A stretch of 64,000 nt of DNA, from contig PLCB01000016.1 of assembly GCA_003134695.1 (NCBI GenBank), positions 3,528-67,527 of the forward strand, written 5' to 3'. Below the pieces are notes generated by a model. It did no database searches. It worked only from the letters and a program-made list of their open reading frames with translations, and was not told where the DNA came from. The translations under genes were made by a program, and so were the position numbers. Positions 26,413-35,109 of this stretch are shown here, piece after piece. Each line of letters opens with the position of its first letter. Position 1 is the stretch's first letter. Origin of the DNA: Candidatus Zemynaea palustris (GTDB lineage: Bacteria; Vulcanimicrobiota; Vulcanimicrobiia; Vulcanimicrobiales; Vulcanimicrobiaceae).

Positions 26413-27391
26413 GCAAAAGCGATTCGGTGGCGGCGACGACTTCCGCGCGGGAAGCCGCGAGTTCTCGGGGCGATTCGCCGGCAGGCTTGCGCAGACAAAC
26501 CGACGGGACGCGGTAGGGCGCCCACTCTTGCGAACTCAGATGAAAGTAGCGGTGTTCGAACAGAACGACGGTGGGCCTGCGCAGCGCGCTCGCAAGATGT
26601 GTCGCGCTGGTATCGACCGTCACGACGATGCGACTTTTCTCGAAAACCGCGGCCCACTGTTGAAACGAGAGCCCGCCGACGATCGCGTCGGCTTGGCCGC
26701 CGGCGCTTAAGCGGCGCGCCTCTTCGATCACGTCGATCCCGTGGGTCACGACGATCGGGAGACCGAAGCGGCGCAATTCGGCGAGCAGCGCGAGCGTACT
26801 CTCGAAGGAGCTGCCGTTTTCGAACCAGCGGCGGCCGAGATGGAATGCGATGCCTCCCCCCGGAACGTAATCGACCGCATGCCGATCGATCTCGACGATC
26901 GGAACGACCAAGTCGCGAACCAACTCGCCACCGCCGGCCAGCGTGACGAGCTCGAGTATCTGATCGACTTCGTGCCGGACCTTCACCCCGGGCTGCCGTT
27001 CGCAGATCTCGGGATCGGCCTCGGAGATCGCGACGCGATTGAGAAAGAGCGGCGCGGTCAAGCGCGTGAAGTAGCGGCGCACGTACGTATAGCCGACGCG
27101 ACGCGGCGCTCGCGTCGCGCCGACGAGCATGAAGTCCGGGGCGCACGGCGCGAGCGCGATCGCGAGATCGCATTTTCCGCGAAATTTCTTTCCAATTTCG
27201 GCGACGCCGCGCCCAACCGGCGCCACCACGAGCGCGTCGACGTCCGGATTGCGCTCGACGACGGCCGCATTGTAGCGGCTGCACACGATCGAAACGTGCG
27301 CGTCGGGCCAGGAGCGGCGCACCGAGGCGATCGCCGGCGTCGAGAGGATCAGATCGCCGATGCGATCGAGCCGGCTCAGAACGATGTTCAC
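26396..27391 (-). CDS. family 9 glycosyltransferase (heptosyltransferase-like, paralog 1)
   Basis: GTG 27391 overlaps the upstream stop (GTGA). N-terminal IVLSRLDRIGDLILSTPA and C-terminal VTVDTSATHLASALRRPTVVLF are typical of RfaF/WaaC-type GT9. Confidence 0.8.
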   Translation of the reverse strand: MNIVLSRLDRIGDLILSTPAIASVRRSWPDAHVSIVCSRYNAAVVERNPDVDALVVAPVGRGVAEIGKKFRGKCDLAIALAPCAPDFMLVGATRAPRRVGYTYVRRYFTRLTAPLFLNRVAISEADPEICERQPGVKVRHEVDQILELVTLAGGGELVRDLVVPIVEIDRHAVDYVPGGGIAFHLGRRWFENGSSFESTLALLAELRRFGLPIVVTHGIDVIEEARRLSAGGQADAIVGGLSFQQWAAVFEKSRIVVTVDTSATHLASALRRPTVVLFEHRYFHLSSQEWAPYRVPSVCLRKPAGESPRELAASRAEVVAATESLLHAAKT

Positions 27392-28290
27392 GGCCGCCGA
27401 GCCGAATCCAGTTCTTCGTAATAGGCTCCGCGCGCCAACGCCCGCGCGGCGAACAGCGCCCGCGCCGAGAGCTGCCGGTCGGTGCTCCGCTCGCCGACGA
27501 TTCCGGCGAGCAAATGCGGTACGCCGACGACGCGCGCGATTCGATGCAGAGCGCGGTGCACCGGATCGTTCCCGGTCGCCAACACCACGCGCCAATGCGG
27601 ATGAAGGGCGCGCAACTGCGCGGCGGTGCGCGCCTGCGCCCGCGCTTGGCGCATCATGCCATCGACGTTTGCGGCGGTCGGCCGCGGTTTGTAGTGAAAG
27701 ACGATCGCCTTCTTGTTGAAGATCGATCGCGTCCCAGCGAAACGCAAACGTAGTCCGAGTTCGATGTCTTCCCAGCCGTACTCGCGAAAGGTTTCGGTGA
27801 ATCCGCCGAGCGCGCGCAACTTCGCGAGCGGCAGCGAGACGTTGCTCGTCCAAAAATAGTTGCCGCTGTAGTTCAGCGGCGTCCAGACCGGCAGCGGGAG
27901 GCGCTCGAAGCTCTGCGTGTTGATCACGGCGCCACGTACGATCGCTTGCGGCGCAAGGTCGTGCGAGCGCAGATGTTCGGCGACAAACGAGGGTATCGGC
28001 AGCGTGTCGTCGTCGATGAAGATGATGCGCGCCCCGCTCGCCCGCGCGATCCCGACGTTGCGCGCGCGGGCAAGCCCTGCGTTGGGCTGGCGCACGACGG
28101 TGAAGGCGCAGGTCGCACGAGCCTTCGCCGTTTCGATGACGGCGGCCGTGTCATCGACCGATCCGTCGTCGACGAGCACGACCTCGTACTGTTCGGACGG
28201 CGACGTCTGTTCGAAGCACGCGTCGAGGACGCGTCCCAACAGATGCGCACGGTTGTAGGTGCAGAGCTGAATCGTCGCGCGAATCGCCAT
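27388..28290 (-). CDS. family 2 glycosyltransferase (paralog 2)
   Basis: IQLCTYNR, VDDGSVDDT, FIDDDT, YGWEDIELGLRL. Confidence 0.85.
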   Translation of the reverse strand: MAIRATIQLCTYNRAHLLGRVLDACFEQTSPSEQYEVVLVDDGSVDDTAAVIETAKARATCAFTVVRQPNAGLARARNVGIARASGARIIFIDDDTLPIPSFVAEHLRSHDLAPQAIVRGAVINTQSFERLPLPVWTPLNYSGNYFWTSNVSLPLAKLRALGGFTETFREYGWEDIELGLRLRFAGTRSIFNKKAIVFHYKPRPTAANVDGMMRQARAQARTAAQLRALHPHWRVVLATGNDPVHRALHRIARVVGVPHLLAGIVGERSTDRQLSARALFAARALARGAYYEELDSARRP

Positions 28291-28291
28291 C

Positions 28292-29305
28292 TTAGGTGCC
28301 GGGCGCTTCGGCCTGCGCGGCGAGCAGCCCGCTCAGGGCACTGAGGACGCGCGGCACGTCGAGTGTAGCGACGCAGGCGAAATCGGGACACGTCTCCTTG
28401 CGGTGACCCGGCGGACAAGGGTAGTTCGCCCGGACCGTCGCCGTCCGCCGCCCGAGCGGCGCCCAACGATCGGGTACGTCGGATTGCAGTGCGTAGATCC
28501 CCACCGTCGGCGCGCCCACCGCGGCCGCGACGTGCATCGGTCCGCTGTCCATCGCGACGACGGCGCGCGCGCGCGCTGCGAGCGCACCGAACGTGCCGAG
28601 CGAGGTCTTCGCGGCGAGCGAGATGCCGCCGGATTGGCGCGCGATCTCAGCGGCGATTTCGGCGTCCGCCGCCGTTCCGCTCACGACGAGCGCCGCGCCG
28701 GTCGTCGCGCGTAGCGAACGAGCCAGTGCGACGAGGCCGGCAGTCGGCCAGCGCGCGCGAATCGAGGCGATCGCGCGCGTCGGATGGAGGAGCAGGAATG
28801 GCTCCGCGACATCGTGCTCGCGGAGCAAGCGTTCGGCTTCGGCGTGCTCCGCGTCGTCGATCGGAAAACTCGGCGTCGCGTCGGCGACGTCGCAATCGAG
28901 AGCGCGCGCGAAATCCAGCAAGATCTGCGTCCAATGCGTCGTTCGATCTCCCAGTTCGCTGCGTATGAGGACGCGATGCGTGAACAGCCGCGAATACAAA
29001 CGTCTCGATTGCCCCACACGGATCGGGAGGCGTGCCGCAAACGGCAAGGCCGCCGCCCGTAACGTCGCCCAGGTCACCACCACCGCGTCGAAGTGGGCGG
29101 CGCCGATCCGCCGGGCTTGTGCGGCGAAGTTGCGATCGTCGACCCAAACGTCGGCGAGCATCGTTTGGCGCGACAGAACCTCGCGGTGCGCCGGTGCGGT
29201 CAACGCGACGACGTCTTCGTAGCGCGCGTGCAGTGCTCGCATCACGGGCGTCGCCAGCAAAACGTCGCCGATCCCACCGCCGGCGCAGATGACCAGGGCT
29301 TTCAC
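28292..29305 (-). CDS. family 9 glycosyltransferase (heptosyltransferase-like, paralog 2)
   Basis: GTG 29305 overlaps the upstream stop (GTGA). Motifs VKALVICAGGGIGDVLLATP and AMDSGPMHVAAAVGAPTVGIY. Confidence 0.8.
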   Translation of the reverse strand: MKALVICAGGGIGDVLLATPVMRALHARYEDVVALTAPAHREVLSRQTMLADVWVDDRNFAAQARRIGAAHFDAVVVTWATLRAAALPFAARLPIRVGQSRRLYSRLFTHRVLIRSELGDRTTHWTQILLDFARALDCDVADATPSFPIDDAEHAEAERLLREHDVAEPFLLLHPTRAIASIRARWPTAGLVALARSLRATTGAALVVSGTAADAEIAAEIARQSGGISLAAKTSLGTFGALAARARAVVAMDSGPMHVAAAVGAPTVGIYALQSDVPDRWAPLGRRTATVRANYPCPPGHRKETCPDFACVATLDVPRVLSALSGLLAAQAEAPGT

Positions 29306-30321
29306 GATAGCGAGCCGAGATCGCCGGTCGCGAGCAAACTCTCGAGCTCGCGCGCGACCCGCTCGCCGACGCTCGAACGGTCCTCGACGATGAGCGCGCG
29401 CGCCGGCGCCGCCCAGGGCCGCCAGCGCGCGACGTCGCTCGGCGCCTGCGCACCCGCCGGAAACAGCACGACGGACGGGATGCCGAGCATCCCCGCCACG
29501 TGAGACGCGCCTGAATCTGGGGTCACGATGGCGCGCGCTCCGGCCAAGAGCGCCTTCCATTCACCTAGGTTCGGGGGATGAACGAACGGCGTCGCCGCGC
29601 GCGCCGCAAAGGCCGCGCCGAAGATGTCGTCGTCGGTCATCGCCAGCACCGCGTGACCGCGGCCTGAGAGTTCGCGAGCGATGGCGGCAAATGCAGCGAT
29701 ATCGATCCCGGAACCGACGAACTTGGCGTTCAATTGAACGACGATCGCGCCGTGGCGCTCGGGTTCGGCGTCGAGGACGAGCGGGCGCAGCCGCGCGAGC
29801 AACCGCGTCGGCTCCGTTTCATGGTGGAACCCGTCGCCGAGCCGAAAGAGCGTCTCGACCTCGTGCTCGCGGACGCGCGCCGCCGAGGCCGGACGGACGA
29901 TGGCGCGAGTCAGAAGCGCGCGAAGGCGCACGGTCTTGAACGGTTTCTCCCAACCGTTGATGAAGCCGGTGCGCTGCGGAATCCCCGCATCGCGTGCAAA
30001 CGTGTATGCGTCGGGCTCTTCCGATGCGACGAACGCGGCATCGTATGCCACGCCGCGCGCCTCGCTCAACGCGCGTTCGCGCGATTCCGGCGTCATCCCG
30101 TGTCGCGGCCACGGCGTGCGTTCGACAACGTGAACGTGACTGAAGACGCGCCTGGCAAACGCGTCACGATTGCGCGGCGTCAAGACGGCGCCGAGCTCGT
30201 GACCTGCGTCGCGCAACGCGGCGACGAGCGGCGCGCACGCGAGCGCGTCGCCGACGCCGTCGACGCGAACCAGCAGGATGCGGCTAATGGCGAAGCCCCG
30301 CGAGCGCGCGCCGCAGCGCAC
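29302..30321 (-). CDS. family 9 glycosyltransferase (heptosyltransferase-like, paralog 3)
   Basis: RILLVRVDGVGDALACAP and TPDSGASHVAGMLGIPSVVLF. The start is uncertain: GTG 30321 is chosen, and ATT 30289 just after the upstream TAG is another possibility. Confidence 0.75.
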   Translation of the reverse strand: MRCGARSRGFAISRILLVRVDGVGDALACAPLVAALRDAGHELGAVLTPRNRDAFARRVFSHVHVVERTPWPRHGMTPESRERALSEARGVAYDAAFVASEEPDAYTFARDAGIPQRTGFINGWEKPFKTVRLRALLTRAIVRPASAARVREHEVETLFRLGDGFHHETEPTRLLARLRPLVLDAEPERHGAIVVQLNAKFVGSGIDIAAFAAIARELSGRGHAVLAMTDDDIFGAAFAARAATPFVHPPNLGEWKALLAGARAIVTPDSGASHVAGMLGIPSVVLFPAGAQAPSDVARWRPWAAPARALIVEDRSSVGERVARELESLLATGDLGSLS

Positions 30322-31165
30322 CGGTGTACACCGCGTCGAGATACTGCCCGCGAGCGAACGCGCGCAACGGCGCGAGGAGCTTCGGGTTCTCGGCGGCGCG
30401 GCGGTATGCCGGCGCGAGCCGTTCGGGCGCCAGCAGCGCGGCGCGCCAAAGGTTCGGGAGGTACGCGCCGGTCGCAAGCCTGATGCGCAGACCGCGATCC
30501 TTTTCGAGCAACCGTGCCGCCATCTGCGCGCGTTCGACGGCCTTGGTCGCGAGCGTCGCCAGCGTCTCGCTCTCGGGCGGTTTGATGTGATAGAGGTAGG
30601 CGTCCCACGCGAACGCGCGCCGCACGCCGCTGCGTCGCAGGCGTAGGCCGAGCTCCGTATCTTCCCAACCGTAGAGATCGAAACGAGTGTCGAAGCCGTT
30701 GACGGCGAGCAGCGCCGCGCGCGGAATCGAGACGTTGCACGTGCACAAGAACGCGTTGGAGTAGTTCAAGAACGATGGTTTCGAGCGCGCCTCATACGAC
30801 GCAACGTTGAGGATCGGACCCGAGACCGCCAGCGGAGCCGAGTCGCGATGGGCGCGCGCGTGGGCCTCGAGAAAGCCGGACGGTAGCCGGACGTCGTCGT
30901 CGACGAAGACGACCAGCGCGCCTCGCGCGGCTTCGATGCCGGCGTTACGTGCGGCGCCGCGGTTCGCTTCGGCGACGAAGATGCGACGCACCGCAAACGT
31001 CTCGCTCGCGCGCGCGGCGGCGACTTCGGCGGTCGCGTCGCTCGAACCGTTGTCGACGACGATCGTTTCAAACGGCGGCGCGTTCTGCTGCGCGCCGAGC
31101 GAGTCGAGCGCACGCGCCAGAAACTCCGCCCGGTTGCGCGTCGCGATGACGATCGAGATCAGCAC
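30284..31165 (-). CDS. family 2 glycosyltransferase (paralog 3)
   Basis: GTG 31165 (GTGCTGA overlap with the upstream stop). Motifs ISIVIATRNR, VDNGSSDAT, FVDDDV, YGWEDTELGLRL. Confidence 0.85.
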   Translation of the reverse strand: MLISIVIATRNRAEFLARALDSLGAQQNAPPFETIVVDNGSSDATAEVAAARASETFAVRRIFVAEANRGAARNAGIEAARGALVVFVDDDVRLPSGFLEAHARAHRDSAPLAVSGPILNVASYEARSKPSFLNYSNAFLCTCNVSIPRAALLAVNGFDTRFDLYGWEDTELGLRLRRSGVRRAFAWDAYLYHIKPPESETLATLATKAVERAQMAARLLEKDRGLRIRLATGAYLPNLWRAALLAPERLAPAYRRAAENPKLLAPLRAFARGQYLDAVYTGALRRALAGLRH

Positions 31166-32394
31166 CGTGCGAGCCCCAGCAACGAGCCGGCCATACGTTC
31201 TGCGGCGCCGACGTGAAGAGCGTAGAGCGAACGCAGGCGAGCGACGGCGGCGGTGCGTGCCGCGTCGTCGCGCGCGTACTCGGCGATGCGCTGCGCGACG
31301 TACCCCGGCGTCAGCGTCCCGCGCAACTCCGGCATCAGCGCCTCGCCGGCATCCATGTTCGGCTGCGCTGTGAACGTGAAGCGCGCGTCGACGGCGAGGA
31401 CAGCCGCCCGTTTGAGCGCGACGCCTACGAGCGGGATGCGATCGATGTACTGCAGTGGGCCATTGATCACGACCTGTTCCGGGACGTTGCTCGGCGCGCA
31501 GACGACCGTCGGGACGCCGAGCGCCGCGAGTTCGACGCACTTGGTCCCCGGGATCGTCGCGACCATTCGCGCGCGTACCGCAAAGCGCATCGCGTCGCGG
31601 ACGACGGGAAATCGCGCGCGATCGCCTTCGGCCTGGAGGACGAGCCCGTCTGGTTCGCGCACGAGCGTGCCGCGCATCCCCCACACGTTGGGATGACCGC
31701 CCCCGGCGAGCGCGCGTTCCAACTCGGTTTCATCCGTAAACGGCGATATTCCGAACGCCACCGGAAATTCCGGCGCGAGCGAACGCAGCCTGACGGCCGC
31801 GGCGAGAAAGAACGGGATGAGGCTCGTAATTTCGTTTTTTCGCGCGCCGGGCATGATCAGAACTCCGCCGGGAGCGATCCGCTTGTCGTCATCGGGCCGC
31901 AACGCGAACGCCCCAGCGGCTTCTCCCAGCGCGCCGTCGACCGCAAGGTTTCCGACGATCTCGATGCGTTCGCGCGGGACGCCGCTGCCGGCGAGCTTGT
32001 CGGCGTTGGGTTCGTCGACCGCGTAGGCGCGCGCCAGCGAACGTGCCGCGCGGCGGCGCGCAAACTTGTAGGTCGCGGCCGCGCCGCCAAGACGCGCGTG
32101 GACGCGCGCCGCATGCAAGAGATCCCCGCCGAGGTAGAGCACCGCGTCGGCGGCAGGGGGGACGCCGGCGACGTCACGGCCGAGCGCGAAGCGTACGTAG
32201 TCGCGCGGTGCGACCACGCAAACGTTCGGAAAATAGGCACGTGCCACGTCCGCTTCGCGGCCCGTCGCATAATCGTCGGGAACGAAGAACAGCGTCACCT
32301 CGGATTCAGGCGCGATGCGTTTGAGGCTCGCGACGAGCGGTCGCACCCAGCCCGAGAACTCACCGGGGCCGTTGCTGGTGATGGCTATCCGCAT
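31159..32394 (-). CDS. lipid-A-disaccharide synthase (LpxB, GT19)-related glycosyltransferase
   Basis: 411 aa. IMPGARKNEI versus E. coli LLPGSRGAEV. IPGTKCVELAALGVPTVV versus SGTAALECMLAKCPMVV. FTAQPNMDAGEALMPEL versus YVSLPNLLAGRELVKEL. Divergent overall. Confidence 0.7.
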   Translation of the reverse strand: MRIAITSNGPGEFSGWVRPLVASLKRIAPESEVTLFFVPDDYATGREADVARAYFPNVCVVAPRDYVRFALGRDVAGVPPAADAVLYLGGDLLHAARVHARLGGAAATYKFARRRAARSLARAYAVDEPNADKLAGSGVPRERIEIVGNLAVDGALGEAAGAFALRPDDDKRIAPGGVLIMPGARKNEITSLIPFFLAAAVRLRSLAPEFPVAFGISPFTDETELERALAGGGHPNVWGMRGTLVREPDGLVLQAEGDRARFPVVRDAMRFAVRARMVATIPGTKCVELAALGVPTVVCAPSNVPEQVVINGPLQYIDRIPLVGVALKRAAVLAVDARFTFTAQPNMDAGEALMPELRGTLTPGYVAQRIAEYARDDAARTAAVARLRSLYALHVGAAERMAGSLLGLARC

Positions 32395-32506
32395 GAATTA
32401 CAGCTGCGAGTCATTTTTGCCGAGTTCGAGGACCGAGGAGCGCAGAATGGTGAGACCCATTTAAGCGACGAGGGACGAAGAAATCGGCAAAAAGGACCGC
32501 AGCACG

Positions 32507-33001
32507 CTAGGGGCCGTAGCGCCGGCGAATCTCTGCTATTAAGTCGGTCGTGCTCTTGTGCGCGACGTGCGGCGCGAGCCGGATCTCGCCCCCGTGCTGG
32601 CCGACGACGGCGCGCTCCGGCAGATCCTCGAGACGGTACTGTGCACTCTTGACGTGGACGTCGGGTTTGAGCCGATCCAAGATTTGCTCCGGCGTGCGCT
32701 GCGGGAATCCGATGACCGCGTCGACGCTGCGTAGGGCCGCGAGCACCGCGGCCCGATCTCCGAACGGGACGAGCGGGCGTTCGGGCCCTTTGAGCGCACG
32801 CACCGATTCGTCCGCATTGACGCCGAGCAGCAGCACGTCGCCCTGTTCGCGCGCCCACGCCAGATACGCGACGTGACCGGCGTGCACGATGTCGAAGACG
32901 CCGTTGGTAAAGACGACGCGTTTCCCTTCGGTGCGCAGACGCTCGCGCCACGCGACGGCCGCCTCGAGTTCGAGGATCGGTGCGAACCACCGCTCAGGCA
33001 T
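32507..33001 (-). CDS. hldC: D-beta-D-heptose-1-phosphate adenylyltransferase (RfaE domain II as separate protein)
   Basis: From ATG 33001. Cytidylyltransferase motif FTNGVFDIVHAGHV and C-terminal KSTTDLI. Confidence 0.85.
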   Translation of the reverse strand: MPERWFAPILELEAAVAWRERLRTEGKRVVFTNGVFDIVHAGHVAYLAWAREQGDVLLLGVNADESVRALKGPERPLVPFGDRAAVLAALRSVDAVIGFPQRTPEQILDRLKPDVHVKSAQYRLEDLPERAVVGQHGGEIRLAPHVAHKSTTDLIAEIRRRYGP

Positions 33002-33980
33002 CGCCGTCACCTCCCACGAGCGCGACGATCTCGTCGGGTGACGCGGTCGCCGTCCCCAATTTTTCGACGACCGCGCCGGCCGCAAAGTTTGCCAGTTGCA
33101 AGGCCATCTCGATCGATGCGTCGGCGGCAAGCGCGGCGGTGAGCACCGCGATCACGGTATCGCCGGCACCGCTGACGTCGTAGACCGTATGGGCGACCGA
33201 CGGGACGAGCACGCGCGTCCCGTCGCCGCCGAACAACGCCATCCCGCGCTCGCCGCGCGTTATGACGACGTAGCGGCAACCGAGGCGCTCGAGCAGTGCG
33301 CGACCGGCGCGCTCGAGCGAGGCGTCGTCTCGGATGGCGATGCCGGTCGCCGCCACCGCCTCGGTCGCGTTCGGCGCCAGCACGGTGACGCCGTCGAACA
33401 GCGCGATGTTGCGGGGCTTCGGATCGGCGGTGACGATCGGCGCCGCACGCACCGCTTCGACCAGTTCGCGCGTGAAGAGTCCCTTCGCGTAGTCGCTGAG
33501 CACGACCGCGTCGCACTCGGCTGCGAGTTCGCGAACTCGTTCGCACAGGTTCGTGGAATCGACCGCTGCGATCGACTCGACCGACTCCCAATCGGCGCGC
33601 ACGACCTGCTGATTGTGCGCGACGATCCGTGTCTTGCGCGTCGTCGGACGATCGCCCAATATGACGACCGCGTCGTGATTGACCTCGATGTCGTCGAAAA
33701 GTTTCTTCACGCGATGGCCTTCGGCGTCGTCGCCGACCGCGCCGGCGAAGGCGACGTGCGCGCCGATCGCGCGCAGGTTGTTGGCGACGTTCCCGGCACC
33801 GCCGAGCGTGAACGAATGATCGTTGACCGCGACGACTGGAACGGGAGCCTCGGGCGAGATGCGCGAGACCGTGCCCCAAACCCACTCGTCGAGCATGACG
33901 TCGCCCACGACGAGGATCCTCTTGTCACGCATGCGCTCGAACAACCGGCGCGCGCCGCGTTCCAGCAACGTCTCAGGCAT
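32994..33980 (-). CDS. hldA: D-beta-D-heptose-7-phosphate kinase (RfaE domain I as separate protein)
   Basis: PfkB-family sugar kinase: ILVVGDVMLDEW, GGAGNVA, DVSGAGDTV. Confidence 0.85.
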   Translation of the reverse strand: MPETLLERGARRLFERMRDKRILVVGDVMLDEWVWGTVSRISPEAPVPVVAVNDHSFTLGGAGNVANNLRAIGAHVAFAGAVGDDAEGHRVKKLFDDIEVNHDAVVILGDRPTTRKTRIVAHNQQVVRADWESVESIAAVDSTNLCERVRELAAECDAVVLSDYAKGLFTRELVEAVRAAPIVTADPKPRNIALFDGVTVLAPNATEAVAATGIAIRDDASLERAGRALLERLGCRYVVITRGERGMALFGGDGTRVLVPSVAHTVYDVSGAGDTVIAVLTAALAADASIEMALQLANFAAGAVVEKLGTATASPDEIVALVGGDGDA

Positions 33981-34518
33981 GGACGCGCTCCAAGAAGAGC
34001 TTCACGCCTTCGAGCAGCGTACGCACGCGAAAGAGCGGTTCCGGACCGTCGTAGACGCCGAACTCGTTGACGAGGATCCCGGGGATGCCGAGCGCGTCTG
34101 CCATCGCCATGTCGCCGCCGCGATCGCCGAAGACGACGCTGCGCGCCAGATCGAGTCCGCGCTCCTCTGCCGCACGGTGCGCCATCCCCGGCAGCGGTTT
34201 GCGGCAGTCGCAGTCTTCGAGATGCGCGCAATAGTAAAACGCGTCGACGGCTGCCCCGTGCCGCGCCAGACGCACGGCGAGTTCGCGGTGGACGCGCTCG
34301 ACGTCCGGCTCGCCGAAGATCCCACGCGCGACGCCGGATTGATTGGTGACGACGACGCGTTCGAAACCCGCCTCGCCAAGCAAGCGCAACGCCTCGGGGA
34401 CCCCGGCGAGGATATTGATGCGTTCCATCGTGCCGATGTAACCGGTATCTTCCATCAACGTCCCATCACGATCCAGAAACGCCGCCGGCTTCGCGGCAGT
34501 CTGCGCTCGCTCGCTCAA
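33973..34518 (-). CDS. gmhB: D-glycero-D-manno-heptose-1,7-bisphosphate phosphatase
   Basis: HAD motif FLDRDGTL, VTNQSG, zinc-finger-like CAHLEDCDCRKP, GDRGGDM. TTG start with AGGGA upstream. Confidence 0.85.
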   Translation of the reverse strand: MSERAQTAAKPAAFLDRDGTLMEDTGYIGTMERINILAGVPEALRLLGEAGFERVVVTNQSGVARGIFGEPDVERVHRELAVRLARHGAAVDAFYYCAHLEDCDCRKPLPGMAHRAAEERGLDLARSVVFGDRGGDMAMADALGIPGILVNEFGVYDGPEPLFRVRTLLEGVKLFLERVHA

Positions 34519-34524
34519 AGGTCC

Positions 34525-35109
34525 CTAGACTTCGCTTTCGCGCGTCTGGAACAGCGCCTGTTCGACGAGTTCGCAAACGACGTGTCCCATTGTAATGTGC
34601 ACCTCTTGGATGAGCGCCGAGTGACCGTCGGGCCCCACGAGCGCGATGTCGGCGACGGCGGCGACCTTTCCGCCGCCGTTGCCGGTAAAAGCAATGGTCG
34701 TCGCGCCAAGCCGTTTCGCTTCTTCCAAGCCCGCGACGACATTGGGCGAGTTGCCGCTGGTCGTGATCCCGACGACGACGTCGCCACGCTGCGCGAACGC
34801 TTCGACCTGGCGCGCGAAAACGCGCTCGTAACCGTAGTCGTTCGCGATCGCCGTGACCGCCGACGGATTGACGGATAAGGCCTCAGACGGCAAACCGCGA
34901 CGCTCGCGCAAGAACCGCCCGCTGAATTCGGCGGCGAGGTGTTGGGCGTCGGCGGCGCTGCCGCCGTTGCCGAACCACAAGACTTTCCGCCCCGCCGCGA
35001 ACGCCGCAGTCAAGGTGCGGGCGATGCGGTCGACGACGGCTTCGTACCGATCGGGATCGAGCAAACCGCGCCGGTCGTCCAGGATTTGCCGAAAGCTGCG
35101 CTTGCGCAT
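34525..35109 (-). CDS. gmhA: phosphoheptose (sedoheptulose-7-phosphate) isomerase
   Basis: From ATG 35109. SIS domain with FGNGGSAADAQHLAAEF and TTSGNSPNV. Confidence 0.9.
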   Translation of the reverse strand: MRKRSFRQILDDRRGLLDPDRYEAVVDRIARTLTAAFAAGRKVLWFGNGGSAADAQHLAAEFSGRFLRERRGLPSEALSVNPSAVTAIANDYGYERVFARQVEAFAQRGDVVVGITTSGNSPNVVAGLEEAKRLGATTIAFTGNGGGKVAAVADIALVGPDGHSALIQEVHITMGHVVCELVEQALFQTRESEV

